From: an uncultured virus (IMG/VR IMGVR_UViG_3300009177_000001)
Taxonomy: Duplodnaviria > Heunggongvirae > Uroviricota > Caudoviricetes
DNA: 54,466 nucleotides
Virus record (IMG/VR): IMGVR_UViG_3300009177_000001
Strand: one strand, 5' to 3'
The notes beneath the pieces were generated by a model that was given only the letters and a program-made list of their open reading frames with translations, had not been told where the DNA came from and ran no database searches. The position numbers and the translations under genes are program-made. Numbering within the stretch: the stretch's first letter is position 1; each line of letters opens with the position of its first letter. Of the stretch, positions 1 to 15,032 are shown piece after piece.

Positions 1-567
1 GACACCTTCGAGCGCGACTACTGGGGTGACTGCACCAACACCTTCGACGAGGAGCAGAAGCACTACACGTACGCGCGCTACATGGGCATTCCGCAGGTCG
101 GGTACGCGTTCGACGCGCGTGGCAAGAGCGTGCTCGACATCGGCGGTGGCCCCGTGTCGATGCTGCTGAAGTGCAAGAACGTGCGTGGCAGCTTCGTGAT
201 CGACCCGCTGGTCGAGAGCTACCCGCCGTGGGTCATCGATCGCTACGGTACTAAAGGCATTGCCTGTCAGGCGCGGCGTGGAGAAGACGTGCAAGAAGCC
301 TTCCTCGAAGCGCCATTCGACGAAGCGTGGATCTACAACGTCCTCCAGCACACCGACGACCCGGCGAAGGTGGTAGCGAACGCCAAGGCCGTGGCGCCCG
401 TGCTGCGCATCTTCGAGTGGGTGGACATACCGCCGCACGAGGGACACCCGCACATGCTCACGGCGCCGGCGCTACAGGAGTGGATCGGCGCGCGGGGGAA
501 CGTGGTGCAGCTCAACGAGCGCGGCTGCACGGGGAAGGCGTTCTACGGGTGCTTTCGCCACCGTTGA
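1..567 (+). CDS. Class I SAM-dependent methyltransferase (5' truncated by window edge)
   Basis: Frame open from base 1; VLDIGGG motif I and FDEAWIYNVLQHTDDP motif. Confidence 0.8.
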   Translation, partial: DTFERDYWGDCTNTFDEEQKHYTYARYMGIPQVGYAFDARGKSVLDIGGGPVSMLLKCKNVRGSFVIDPLVESYPPWVIDRYGTKGIACQARRGEDVQEAFLEAPFDEAWIYNVLQHTDDPAKVVANAKAVAPVLRIFEWVDIPPHEGHPHMLTAPALQEWIGARGNVVQLNERGCTGKAFYGCFRHR

Positions 568-812
568 AGGTTGGAGATCCAATTACGCTGTGCTGGATAG
601 ATGCCCCCAACCACGTCGTCATGCACGCCCGCGTCGGGTGCATCCATCCGCCGGGCGGCTTGTTCCCTAACATGTTCGAGACCGAGGCGGTCAACGCTAC
701 GTATTATATCAGGTACCTGTCAGGCGAGAATCGCACCTGGATCCGTGGCCACCATCCCCCTGACTCCGAAGCTTGCCGCGCAGTCATAGCCGCCGCTATT
801 CTCACCACATGA
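564..812 (+). CDS. Hypothetical protein
   Basis: TTG start overlaps upstream TGA; its stop overlaps the next ATG. Confidence 0.5.
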   Translation: MKVGDPITLCWIDAPNHVVMHARVGCIHPPGGLFPNMFETEAVNATYYIRYLSGENRTWIRGHHPPDSEACRAVIAAAILTT

Positions 813-1480
813 ACGACATCGGAACCATCGGTGACCCTCAAGGCGAGCCTGACGTCCAGTTCTGGGCGCGGCAGTTCTCGGAACACGCGCTCTTCTTCCA
901 GCTCGGGATCGACAACCCGGCGCTGAAGGCCGACGCGAAAGCGCTGCACGAAGCGTGGGAACGCGTGCGAACACCTACGCTCACGCTCTCGACGACGCTA
1001 ATGCTCGCGCAGGAGCTTCGCGCCTACAAGATGGAGCTGGGCGACCGGCTGAACCGCGGCGAGTGGCTCGGCTGGATCTTTCCGACCTTCGTGGATCACA
1101 CCCGTCGCGAGCTGGACTTGTTCGTCGCGCACGCCACCACGGCCGTGCCGGCGAGCGTGGACTGCGAAGCGTGGCTCCGTTTCATGGCGGAGCACGCCGC
1201 CTTCGCGGCCCATCTGATGGACCCTGTGGAAGCCCGTCGGATTCGCATGGCGCTGGAGTTCGTCGGGAACTTCACGCGGCTCACCCGCGGCTGCGGCGTC
1301 GGGGTGAACACGCAGCTGCTCTCACTCTCGAAGCGCGCCGGCGACGGGCTCGACAAGTTCATGGTGGGACAGGTGGCGAAGGCGAAAGGCATCATCCACC
1401 CGGTGCTGGCCACGCACGTGGTGCGCGAGGGCCGGCGCTTCCTGCGCACGGTGAACATGCTGCGGGGGCACCACGGGTGA
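809..1480 (+). CDS. DUF2935-like protein (two helical repeats)
   Basis: Repeated FWARQFSEHALF / WLRFMAEHAAF and HTRRE / HVVRE motifs; start moved to ATG 809 (ATGA overlap). Confidence 0.7.
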   Translation: MNDIGTIGDPQGEPDVQFWARQFSEHALFFQLGIDNPALKADAKALHEAWERVRTPTLTLSTTLMLAQELRAYKMELGDRLNRGEWLGWIFPTFVDHTRRELDLFVAHATTAVPASVDCEAWLRFMAEHAAFAAHLMDPVEARRIRMALEFVGNFTRLTRGCGVGVNTQLLSLSKRAGDGLDKFMVGQVAKAKGIIHPVLATHVVREGRRFLRTVNMLRGHHG

Positions 1481-1710
1481 GTTCGACGGACTACTACGGG
1501 CGCTGCACGCCGGAGGAGCACTGGGCGTACCTGGCGCCGGACATGTACGAGAAGCTGTGGCTGTGGACCGACGAGGAGCTGCTCAAGCGTGTCGGCGACG
1601 AGTACCGGGCGCGCGTGCTGGCCGCTAAGCCCGGCGACTGGATCGGGATGCATGACGGGATCGCCGTTAGGCTACGCGAGATGCTGGTGCCAGAAGACGA
1701 CGAGCCGTGA
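1477..1710 (+). CDS. Hypothetical protein
   Basis: GTGA overlap with upstream stop; protein-like composition. Confidence 0.55.
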   Translation: MSSTDYYGRCTPEEHWAYLAPDMYEKLWLWTDEELLKRVGDEYRARVLAAKPGDWIGMHDGIAVRLREMLVPEDDEP

Positions 1711-1711
1711 A

Positions 1712-3091
1712 CTACGCCCAGATCGCGCCGCCCGCCGTACTGTCCACCTGTGGTACGGTGGCCGACGACACGCCATTGAGCTGAAACGGCGCCGGATCTG
1801 TCGTCGTTGCCGTGACACCAGCGGCGCCGTACACCACGGCGCGATTGGCGGTAATGAGCTTGCCCGTCATACCGCTGCCGACGACGGACTCCAGCTGCAG
1901 CGTAGAGGCGAAGTCGGCACCCACCGGCGCGGTCGATCCGAGGTCGAAGAACACGAGCGTGCCAGCGGCGCCGATCACACCACCGTGGCGCACGGCAAGC
2001 GGTGCCAAGAACTGGTTCTCCAGCGTATTCCAGTTGAGCGTGGCACCGAGCTGGACCTGTACGGTGCCGTTGAAGCCACAGCTATTCGGCACGAAAGGTC
2101 CGTTCACGGACACGGTTGAAGCGAAGAACGACGTGTAGATCGTGGTGCCCGCAGCACGCAGCTCACCAGCAAAGCCCGTGGACCAGCCGCACAGCACAGA
2201 GATGATCAGGTCGAACGCTTGCTCACGTCCGACGCCATGATCGAGCAGGTACCCGCGCACCCGTCCTCCGGGTTTGGCGCGCAGCGAAGGCCACGACGTG
2301 AGGCTACACACCTCGTAGGCGTCGCCAACCTGCGGGGCCGACAGCAAATTCGCCGGCGTCGCTGTCGGGGTCTCGCTCACGTTTGTCGGGCGCGTGATCA
2401 GCGCCTCCGTGGTGCTCACGGCTTGCTGGATGAATGCGTGCCACGCGCCGCTCGTCTTGCGCACCATTCGCACGCCGCTAGTGCTGCTCACGAGCCCATG
2501 CGCCGCCCAGCTCTGCGCTGAATCCGTGATGGTCCCCTTGCTGTTTCCGGCGCGCATCGTGACACCGGTGAGCGTTCCCGTGCCATTCGCGAGCACGGTG
2601 GCAGCGCCGACGACGGCTACGAAGATGCTGGAGTCGGTGGGCGTCGTAAAGCCTGAGACGTCACCGTAGTCGAGATCGGACGTACCGGACAGCGCGTGGA
2701 TGAGCACGCTGCTCGTGTAGTAGGCCCCCTGAATTCTCGCACGCCACTCGCGCATCGATCGGATCGGTGTGCTCGCGGTGAGTCCGTCGTTTTCGTCGTC
2801 ACCACCGTGGGTGCCGTCCGGGTCGATGTACCACGCGAGCTGTTGCTGCCAGTGCGGATCACCGCCAGCGATACGCAACAGCCGACCGCCTCCGCCCGCC
2901 ACGTCAACTACGAACAGACCATCTACAGCAGCTGTGCACTGCTTGTCGTAGTAGTAACGCGCACGGGTTCTGGTGCAGAAGATCTGCGCGCCCGTCGTGA
3001 ACCCAACGAAACTGAACGAGGCTACGGGGAAGTCTCCGACGTGGATCCCGTCGAAGATCAGAAGCGGCCCAAAATACCCGCGGGGGTTCAT
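1712..3091 (-). CDS. Putative virion spike/fibre-like beta-rich protein
   Basis: WYIDPDG..GDDENDGLT..TPIRS motif typical of the start of beta-helix proteins; G/S/T/A-rich; start 3091 overlaps GT stop. Confidence 0.55.
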   Translation of the reverse strand: MNPRGYFGPLLIFDGIHVGDFPVASFSFVGFTTGAQIFCTRTRARYYYDKQCTAAVDGLFVVDVAGGGGRLLRIAGGDPHWQQQLAWYIDPDGTHGGDDENDGLTASTPIRSMREWRARIQGAYYTSSVLIHALSGTSDLDYGDVSGFTTPTDSSIFVAVVGAATVLANGTGTLTGVTMRAGNSKGTITDSAQSWAAHGLVSSTSGVRMVRKTSGAWHAFIQQAVSTTEALITRPTNVSETPTATPANLLSAPQVGDAYEVCSLTSWPSLRAKPGGRVRGYLLDHGVGREQAFDLIISVLCGWSTGFAGELRAAGTTIYTSFFASTVSVNGPFVPNSCGFNGTVQVQLGATLNWNTLENQFLAPLAVRHGGVIGAAGTLVFFDLGSTAPVGADFASTLQLESVVGSGMTGKLITANRAVVYGAAGVTATTTDPAPFQLNGVSSATVPQVDSTAGGAIWA

Positions 3092-4185
3092 GCGCGTAAA
3101 CGCGCCGCGGCCATAAGCGCCTTGTTCAGGCGCGGTCCGCATTCAGAGAGCGAGAATTGCGCACGCGCCCAACGTGCTGTGTTCTCTCGAAGCGCCGTGG
3201 GCGTGGCTGCGCACGCCATCACAGAAGCGACGAACTCCGCCGGCTCGCGGCACAAGTAGCCCGTGTACCCATGCAAGACGTTGTCTTCGAACCCACCGAA
3301 ATCCGAGGTCAGCGCCGGCGTGCCACACAGCATCCCTTCGACAGCAGCAGCCCCGAAAGGCTCCTGAATCGCCGTCGGGTAGATGGCCGCGAGCGCCTTT
3401 CCCAGCAGGTCTGCACGTGCCCGCCCCAATACTTCCCCGCGCAGATCCACGATCGTCTGCGCTGCGGGAGACAGCGCGGCCTTCCAGCTCGGCCAGTCGC
3501 CTCTCCCCGCGATCACGACCGGCACGGGAGTGGGCGACTGCACTAGCCGCTCGACAATGGCCGCAAGGGTCTTCGGCCCCTTTGACGGGTGAAAGCGCCC
3601 GAGATGCACGAGGTAGCCGCCCGATCCGCTGCCGACGGGCCACTCGTCGAGATTGAACGCCATGGGGACCACCCACGTGGCCGCCGGGTTAGCGATCTTT
3701 TTCCGATCAGGACGTGCGCCATCGCTGGCGCCGAGCATGTACGCGCGCCACGCACGGCTCTCGAAGATGCGGTACGCGCCGAAAGCGTGGTCGGAGTACC
3801 CCACGCCAGGCTCTACGTGGACGAGCTGCGAATGATCACCGACCAGCGTGCGGTGCGCAGCGCCGAGCACGTGCGCCACGAAGTCACCCGGTTGCGGTCG
3901 CTTCGCGAATTCCACCGCTAACCTCGAATCGAACAGTCGCCACAGTTGCGATCCACGCACCGGAGCCTGATCTGGCTCGCTGAACGCGCCCAGTTCTTCG
4001 CCGGTCACCACCTCGACGTGTTCATCTGCTTCGGACTCAGATGCGCCTGCTGCGTACTCGATGACCCGCCAGCCCAACGGGCGCAGCATCTTGGCCAGGT
4101 TCATCACCTTGGCCGCATATGGGAACCACGAGGACGCAGAAGCCGGAGCCACGTTGAACGGGGCTATGACGTGTATCGTTGGCAT
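3088..4185 (-). CDS. GT4-family (GT-B) glycosyltransferase
   Basis: LGRFHPSKG and EPFGAAAVEGMLCGTP (E-x7-E) motifs. Confidence 0.85.
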   Translation of the reverse strand: MPTIHVIAPFNVAPASASSWFPYAAKVMNLAKMLRPLGWRVIEYAAGASESEADEHVEVVTGEELGAFSEPDQAPVRGSQLWRLFDSRLAVEFAKRPQPGDFVAHVLGAAHRTLVGDHSQLVHVEPGVGYSDHAFGAYRIFESRAWRAYMLGASDGARPDRKKIANPAATWVVPMAFNLDEWPVGSGSGGYLVHLGRFHPSKGPKTLAAIVERLVQSPTPVPVVIAGRGDWPSWKAALSPAAQTIVDLRGEVLGRARADLLGKALAAIYPTAIQEPFGAAAVEGMLCGTPALTSDFGGFEDNVLHGYTGYLCREPAEFVASVMACAATPTALRENTARWARAQFSLSECGPRLNKALMAAARLRA

Positions 4186-4200
4186 GCAGGTTCTGCTGGG

Positions 4201-9690
<5,490 letters not shown>

Positions 9691-9710
9691 CGAGTCCTCC
9701 AGGAGGAGCG

Positions 9711-9810
9711 AAAAAAGCAAAAGGCGCCCCGCCGCGCGGTAGTCCACGCGAGGGGCGCCAGTTGCTCTGATCGCCAGGGGTGGAGGGCTAGGGGCCCTCC
9801 TATGTCAAGC
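9711..9810 (-). promoter_or_regulatory. Attenuator leader copy 1 (antiterminator/terminator), upstream of fibre gene
   Basis: GACATAGG-hairpin-GGCGATCAGAGCAACTGGCGCCCC...GGGGCGCCTTTTG; TTGACA-18-GATCCT promoter at 9814-9843. Confidence 0.75.
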
Positions 9811-9884
9811 ACGAGGATCGCCGGCCGTGAGCTACGGTGTCAAGCGACGGCCACGTGGTGGTACCATCGGCAGGCGTGTCCGAG

Positions 9885-10160
9885 ATGCACCCGGGCGTCT
9901 TCCTGTTCGTCGCCGAAGGCTGTCCCGCATGTCACGAGTTCCTGCCGCGCTTCAAGAACGCGGCGGCGCCGGCGCGCGCACGAGGCGTCCCCATCGGCAT
10001 CTACGATCTTGCCCGTGACCGGCATGCCAGGTACCTCGCGCAGAAACTCGCCATCTCCGCCACGCCCACCACGATCGTGCTCACGCGTGCTGGGAAGCTC
10101 CGGCGCTACATCGGTGGCATCACGGCCACCGAAGTGAAGCGTGCCATCGCCTCGATCTGA
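9885..10160 (+). CDS. Thioredoxin-like protein
   Basis: CPAC active site and ATPT cis-Pro motif. Confidence 0.75.
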   Translation: MHPGVFLFVAEGCPACHEFLPRFKNAAAPARARGVPIGIYDLARDRHARYLAQKLAISATPTTIVLTRAGKLRRYIGGITATEVKRAIASI

Positions 10161-10212
10161 CGCGCCAGCCCTTGCCAGGTTGCTGGCGAAAGGCGCAAGA
10201 TGCTGGACGGTG

Positions 10213-10395
10213 ATGCCGTCACGTACCTATAATCCTCGCGGGATCGGCACCTCGACACCGATCGGACGGCCTCCCCAGAGGCGGCGTTTCCATGGGGTGC
10301 CCCCGAAAGCGTGGGATTATGCAGCAATCGGACTCATCGTCGCAGCCTTCGTTGCCAGCGAGTGGCGGTGGATCGCAGTTCACCTATTCCGCTGA
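10213..10395 (+). CDS. Small membrane protein
   Basis: One C-terminal hydrophobic helix. Confidence 0.4.
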   Translation: MPSRTYNPRGIGTSTPIGRPPQRRRFHGVPPKAWDYAAIGLIVAAFVASEWRWIAVHLFR

Positions 10396-10597
10396 GCCAC
10401 CCTGGATCGCCGCGCTGCGAATCATCGTCGCCGGCGGCGGCACGGCATTCCTCGCGGCGACGACCACGATCCCGCCGTGGAGCGCGCTGATCGCCTTCAT
10501 CTTGATCGCGATCCCCACGCACGCCGGCGCTGTCATCGACGTGGTGGGACGGATCGTCCCGAACGTCAACAACCGGGGCCGCGAGCGGGCGCCCTAG
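10319..10597 (+). CDS. Small 2-TM protein (holin-like?)
   Basis: Two hydrophobic segments and charged C-terminus; start uncertain. Confidence 0.4.
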   Translation: MQQSDSSSQPSLPASGGGSQFTYSAEPPWIAALRIIVAGGGTAFLAATTTIPPWSALIAFILIAIPTHAGAVIDVVGRIVPNVNNRGRERAP

Positions 10598-10785
10598 CGG
10601 CCGTTGCAGGCGCAAGGCCGCTTGCGCACGGCGCCACGGAGCTGCGGCTTCTTGCTGCCGCCGGCGAACGCCACCGCTGCAACACCCCCGATGGCTGCGA
10701 GGCCACCGAGCACGGCGGCGATCGTGCCCGCGTTCGAGCGTGGCTGCGGGGGCGATGGCTGGTACGGCTGCTGCTGAGGCTGCAT
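10594..10785 (-). CDS. Small membrane protein with basic tail
   Basis: TM segment followed by KKPQLRGAVRKR; TTGACC-18-CACACT promoter 6 nt before ATG. Confidence 0.6.
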   Translation of the reverse strand: MQPQQQPYQPSPPQPRSNAGTIAAVLGGLAAIGGVAAVAFAGGSKKPQLRGAVRKRPCACNGR

Positions 10786-10817
10786 CCGAGAAGTGTGCTA
10801 CACGTCCAGCAGCACGG

Positions 10818-10991
10818 TCAAGTTGGACAGCGCTTCGTGAACTTCCGTTTGAAGGGGCTCTTGGTGTCCGGCCCGATGTCCGGGCGTGGTCGCTGTTTCC
10901 CGCGGCAGTCCACCTCGAAGACCATACCGCCGTAGTACAAAAACTGGCCGGGCTTGAACGTCTTCGCTGGGCGGCGCACAGGCTTCTTCAC
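10818..10991 (-). CDS. Small basic protein
   Basis: GTG start overlapping upstream stop. Confidence 0.4.
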   Translation of the reverse strand: MKKPVRRPAKTFKPGQFLYYGGMVFEVDCRGKQRPRPDIGPDTKSPFKRKFTKRCPT

Positions 10992-11839
10992 GAGATCGTG
11001 ACCACCTTCCGTGCAGCCTTCCGCTTCTGCACCGCAGTCGCCACGGCGATCGCGTCCGCTTCTGCCTCTTCGAGCGCTGCGCCGGCGAGCACGCTGCCGC
11101 GCACGATGCGCACGATGAAGTAGAGCCCGACGAGTCCTCCGGCGCCAGCGAGCCATGCCCACCACGGGATCCCGAAGCTGATCCCGGGCTTCGTCGGGTT
11201 GTCGTCCGGCGTCGACGTCTTCAGCCCCTGCTTCTTGAGCTGCTTCTTCCAGTCGGCCGCGCGGTGGCGGTACTCGCTGATCTTCTCCATGGTGGAGAAC
11301 CACAGCCGGTCGACCAGCCCGAGGTGCTGCGAATAGAACGTCTGCCATTCGGCGGTGAACGCGCCAAAGGCCGCGCGGCTCTGCGCCTTGATCTTCGGTG
11401 AGGCCGCCACGTCGGTCGCAAGCTGCGTGATGATGTTGTTCACCGTGTCGGCTTCGGCCTGGATCTGGCCGGGGCTGTACACGAGCGAGGCGCCCATCTG
11501 CTGGGGGCGTGGGTGGGCCCAGCCACCGGCGTACTGCGCGAAGCGGTGCAGCTGCTGCTCGACGGCCTGCGTGTGCGAGCCCGTGGAGGCGATCGACGAG
11601 AAGTTGTTCGCGTAGAAGCGCTGCCACTCGCCGTAGAACGCCGGCCACTGCCCAGGGACACGGCGGCCAAAGCGCTGCTGGATCGACGCGATGAAGTTGT
11701 CCGTGTGCCGCGCCTGCGCGCGCAGGTCACGCGGGTGCGCGCTGGCGGGCGGCTGCACGGCGGGCTGCGACTGCGGAATGCCCCGAGCCCGCGCGATGCG
11801 CTGCTCGATCAACCGGACGCTTGCGGAGTCGAGAGGCAC
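10988..11839 (-). CDS. Helical protein with internal repeat and C-terminal TM
   Basis: Repeated FYGEWQRFY / FTAEWQTFY; TM PWWAWLAGAGGLVGLYFIV. Confidence 0.65.
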   Translation of the reverse strand: MPLDSASVRLIEQRIARARGIPQSQPAVQPPASAHPRDLRAQARHTDNFIASIQQRFGRRVPGQWPAFYGEWQRFYANNFSSIASTGSHTQAVEQQLHRFAQYAGGWAHPRPQQMGASLVYSPGQIQAEADTVNNIITQLATDVAASPKIKAQSRAAFGAFTAEWQTFYSQHLGLVDRLWFSTMEKISEYRHRAADWKKQLKKQGLKTSTPDDNPTKPGISFGIPWWAWLAGAGGLVGLYFIVRIVRGSVLAGAALEEAEADAIAVATAVQKRKAARKVVTIS

Positions 11840-11848
11840 GACAGGTGG

Positions 11849-12061
11849 TCAGCGGCGGCGTCTGCGTTTGAAGCGAGGTGCCGTCTTGCAGCGGTTCACC
11901 ATGCGCACCAACGCCTTGACCGTGCGTGGGCGGATGTCGGGCGCGTACGCGACGACTTCGCGCAAGAAGTTGCCCGCGACGACGCAAGCGCCAGAACGCA
12001 CGGCGTAGCGCACGTCCTTGATGCGGCTAGCGATCTGCTTGCGTGTCATCGTGACGGCCAT
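11849..12061 (-). CDS. Small basic protein
   Basis: GGAGG RBS; Arg-rich tail. Confidence 0.6.
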   Translation of the reverse strand: MAVTMTRKQIASRIKDVRYAVRSGACVVAGNFLREVVAYAPDIRPRTVKALVRMVNRCKTAPRFKRRRRR

Positions 12062-12070
12062 GGCGCCCTC

Positions 12071-12496
12071 CTAGCGAAAGATCAAGCCGAGGATTCCCCC
12101 CGCGACGGCGCCGCCGATGGCGCCCCACGCCTGGTGCTTCGACGCCAGTTTGAAGCCGAGCGCCGCGCCGCTGAACATCGCGACGGCGGGCACCAGTGTG
12201 CGGATCGCCGACGCTGCTCCTCCGCCCTCCGCACCACTGAACATGTCTGTGACCGACGCGTTCGCCGGCACGAGGCGGCCGTCGGGCAGGAACATCATGT
12301 GCTCCAGCCCGGGGTACACGGCGCCCGCTTCGCTCTCGCGCACGACGTTGTACGGCGCTCGGTGCACGATGTCGCCGGCGTGGGCACGCACCACGTTCGA
12401 GCCCGGCGCGCGGCGGATGGGCCCGCCACCGTGGTCCGGGTTGTCGTCCGGACCCACGTGAACGAGCGCGTAGCCTGAGCCGAACGTCATGTTCAC
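12071..12496 (-). CDS. Membrane protein (2 C-terminal TMs)
   Basis: Gly-zipper-like GAIGGAVAGGILG. Confidence 0.65.
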   Translation of the reverse strand: MNMTFGSGYALVHVGPDDNPDHGGGPIRRAPGSNVVRAHAGDIVHRAPYNVVRESEAGAVYPGLEHMMFLPDGRLVPANASVTDMFSGAEGGGAASAIRTLVPAVAMFSGAALGFKLASKHQAWGAIGGAVAGGILGLIFR

Positions 12497-12975
12497 ACCT
12501 CCGCGGCGTTCCGGTCTTCGTCCTTCTGCTCCATCACCTGCAGGCTGACGAGGAAGAACAGCCCTGCGCTCGTCTCGCTGTTGACGAGCTGGATCGCCGG
12601 CAGGTCGTTCGGGTCAGCGAACGACGGGATGTTGATCGTCGGGCCCGTGTCGGTGCTCGCCAGCGTGCCTACCAGCGACTCCGACAGCTGCACGCTGGGG
12701 ATGGTGATGGCCTCGCTCGTGTCGTCCACCGGTACGATCGAGAGCGAGAAGCCGAGTGCGAGCCGCGGCACGAAGCCTCCGGAAGCGCCATCTGCCGCGA
12801 TGGTCTCGAAGCGCAGCGGGCGCCCCCGCCACTCGTAGTAGGCGCCACTGCTTGCGTTCGCGCCGCCGAGCACGGGCGCATCCGGTGCACCCGGATCGTC
12901 ACGCACGAGAATGTCGAGCGTGTTCCCGAACTCGGAGCCCTCCGGCATCTGCACCACGTACGTCCGGCTGATCAT
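12493..12975 (-). CDS. Hypothetical beta-rich protein
   Basis: GAGG RBS; coupled to neighbours. Confidence 0.6.
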   Translation of the reverse strand: MISRTYVVQMPEGSEFGNTLDILVRDDPGAPDAPVLGGANASSGAYYEWRGRPLRFETIAADGASGGFVPRLALGFSLSIVPVDDTSEAITIPSVQLSESLVGTLASTDTGPTINIPSFADPNDLPAIQLVNSETSAGLFFLVSLQVMEQKDEDRNAAEV

Positions 12976-13011
12976 CGAGCACCTCGCGGCTGTGCCATCA
13001 CGTCGTCCAGC

Positions 13012-13587
13012 TTACACGCGGAGCGGGCTGCGGGTCAAAGCAGTCACCTGCGCCATGCGGTGCCGCCAGTTCGCCAGAGCATCTGGCGCCCATGCCAGCT
13101 GTGTCGGATCTCGACCGCTCTTGAGCGCGCTCAGCACGGTCGCCGGGCCCTTGTAGGCGAGCCGCACGATCTCGTCGAGCGGTGCTGGCGGCCGGCGCCC
13201 CCGGAGTGCCGCTTGCACCTGGCCACGAAACTCGGCGAGGTATTTCGTTCCCCACTCGATGTTCTTGTCGACGCCGAACAGGTCGTCGCGCGTGACGCCT
13301 GCCGCAGCCATCTCGGCGGCGTGCGCTGCCGTATTCACCTGCATGAGACCCACGCTCTTGCCGCCTGCATCTCCTGCCGCCATTGGGTTGCCCTGCGACT
13401 CCACCAGGATGGTGGCGAGCACCCATTCAAGCGGCAGGCTGCGCTTACGCGCCCACTTCGCAGCGCTCTGCACGTACGTGACGGGCAGCCCGAGTCCGAC
13501 AGCGGCCTTGATGATGTTGGGCCCCTTCGTGAGCTGGATAGCCGCCGCGAGAAGCCCAGCGAGCCCGACGAGCGCCAGCGGGAGCAC
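13012..13587 (-). CDS. SLT-domain lytic transglycosylase with N-terminal membrane anchor
   Basis: ILVES (catalytic Glu), GLMQV, NIEWGTKYL and AYKGP motifs. Confidence 0.85.
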   Translation of the reverse strand: MLPLALVGLAGLLAAAIQLTKGPNIIKAAVGLGLPVTYVQSAAKWARKRSLPLEWVLATILVESQGNPMAAGDAGGKSVGLMQVNTAAHAAEMAAAGVTRDDLFGVDKNIEWGTKYLAEFRGQVQAALRGRRPPAPLDEIVRLAYKGPATVLSALKSGRDPTQLAWAPDALANWRHRMAQVTALTRSPLRV

Positions 13588-13593
13588 CGCCTG

Positions 13594-14001
13594 TTACCCC
13601 ACTTCGCGCTGCTGATCCGACGCCAGGATGGTCGCCACCTGGATCTGCAGCGTCAGCACCACGGGTGCGTCCGTCGCCGCGTAGAGCGCCTGGAGCCCTG
13701 GTAGCAGGGCCTGGTACGCAAGCCCCGCTGGGAGCTGAAGCCCTCGGTTCACGGTCACGCCTGTGGTCCCGATGAACACCTTGAAGCTGAGCGCCGGCGC
13801 CGTGATCGTCACGATCCGGTTCTCCGCCGTGCCCGGCACGATCTCCGTCGCCTTGCCTGGAGGGATCTGCAGGCTGAAGAATTTCGTGTAGACCGGCGCG
13901 CCGGTCTTGTAGCCGGTCGGCTCTCCGTTCGGCGTGGGATGATACCCCGGCGTCGGCCGGAAGCCGGGGGAGAACCCTTGTCCTAGTGCGCGGTCCACCA
14001 C
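13594..14001 (-). CDS. Putative structural beta-sandwich protein
   Basis: Beta-strand-rich; lies in attenuator-led operon. Confidence 0.55.
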   Translation of the reverse strand: MVDRALGQGFSPGFRPTPGYHPTPNGEPTGYKTGAPVYTKFFSLQIPPGKATEIVPGTAENRIVTITAPALSFKVFIGTTGVTVNRGLQLPAGLAYQALLPGLQALYAATDAPVVLTLQIQVATILASDQQREVG

Positions 14002-14005
14002 GTCT

Positions 14006-14497
14006 TCACGGTCCGCGTGGAATCAGCTGGTAGCCGATGAACGAGATGTCGACGCTGATCGGGTTGATCTGGTCGAGGTTCGTCACGAGGCAGGAGAAGG
14101 CGCCGCCTTTCGGCCGCACCACCCACGGGAACTTCCAGCACCACTTGCCGGTGTTGAGATCGACGAGCGTGGCCGGCGAGCTGCCCGTCTGCGCCTTCTC
14201 CAGCGGCCGGTTGAAGATCTGATCGCTGAAGAGGATGCGCCAGTCGCGATACGTGTGGCTGGGGTCCTGCGAGAAGCCGACCTCGTGCACCTCCAGGGGC
14301 CACTCGAAGCTGTACTGGAAGTCAGTGGGCGTGAGCAGCACGCTTTCACCTGCCGGGATCACCTGCGTCTCCGAAAGGGACATCGAGTACGGCACGCGCA
14401 CGACCGGCTGCTCGACCAGCGGCGCGACGCTCTGGAGAATGCGCTGCACCACGGGGCCGAGCTGGGCGATCATCGCTTCGAGGCCGGGGGTCATCAT
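14006..14497 (-). CDS. Putative minor capsid (jelly-roll-like) protein
   Basis: Alternating beta pattern ending VDISFIGYQL; first gene after leader copy 2. Confidence 0.45.
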   Translation of the reverse strand: MMTPGLEAMIAQLGPVVQRILQSVAPLVEQPVVRVPYSMSLSETQVIPAGESVLLTPTDFQYSFEWPLEVHEVGFSQDPSHTYRDWRILFSDQIFNRPLEKAQTGSSPATLVDLNTGKWCWKFPWVVRPKGGAFSCLVTNLDQINPISVDISFIGYQLIPRGP

Positions 14498-14537
14498 GTG
14501 GCGGGCTCCTGCGCGCGGGGTTGGCGGCCTGAAACGC

Positions 14538-14621
14538 GAAAAGGCGTCCGCCGAACAGGAGGCGCTGGACCTTCCGTCGGTGGACGCCAGTTGCTCTGGT
14601 CGCCGGGTGGGTTATGTCAGC
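14538..14621 (-). promoter_or_regulatory. Attenuator leader copy 2
   Basis: GCTGACATA..GGCGACCAGAGCAACTGGCGTCC...GGACGCCTTTT; TTGCCT-18-TATCAT promoter at 14654-14683. Confidence 0.75.
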
Positions 14622-14694
14622 CGGCGCGGCTTGTGCAGCGCCTTCGCTTTCGGATGATAGAGCGGGTCCGGCGCGGAAGGCAAGCGGTGCGAGA

Positions 14695-14952
14695 TCAGGA
14701 GGCTTCTTCGACGGACGCGTGGAGCTTGCACGCGGCTTTGCGCTTCATGCCCGGCACGGGCAGCTCACCGCGCGATCGCCAGGTGCGGCGTGCGGCGCGC
14801 TCTGCACCGAGCTTCGTCGTCGCCTTGATGTCGTAGACGGTTGAGAGGCCGATCGACGTCCGTGAACGTGATGCCCCGGAAGCGCGGGATCCGCCGCGCA
14901 GAACGCACACCACGTTGGCCATCGCGTTGTACCGCTTCGCCTTGCGTGCCAT
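14695..14952 (-). CDS. Small basic protein
   Basis: MARKAKR start; Arg/Lys-rich. Confidence 0.5.
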   Translation of the reverse strand: MARKAKRYNAMANVVCVLRGGSRASGASRSRTSIGLSTVYDIKATTKLGAERAARRTWRSRGELPVPGMKRKAACKLHASVEEAS

Positions 14953-14968
14953 CACCGGATGCTCGCAC

Positions 14969-15012
14969 AAAAAGAAAGGGTGCGGAAGCTCCGAAGAGCC
15001 GCCGCACCCTCT
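14969..15012 (-). terminator. Intrinsic terminator after candidate MCP
   Basis: AGGGTGCGG-GCTC-TTCG-GAGC-CCGCACCCT followed by TTCTTTTT. Confidence 0.8.
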
Positions 15013-15032
15013 CCTCCCTCACGTCGAAGCGA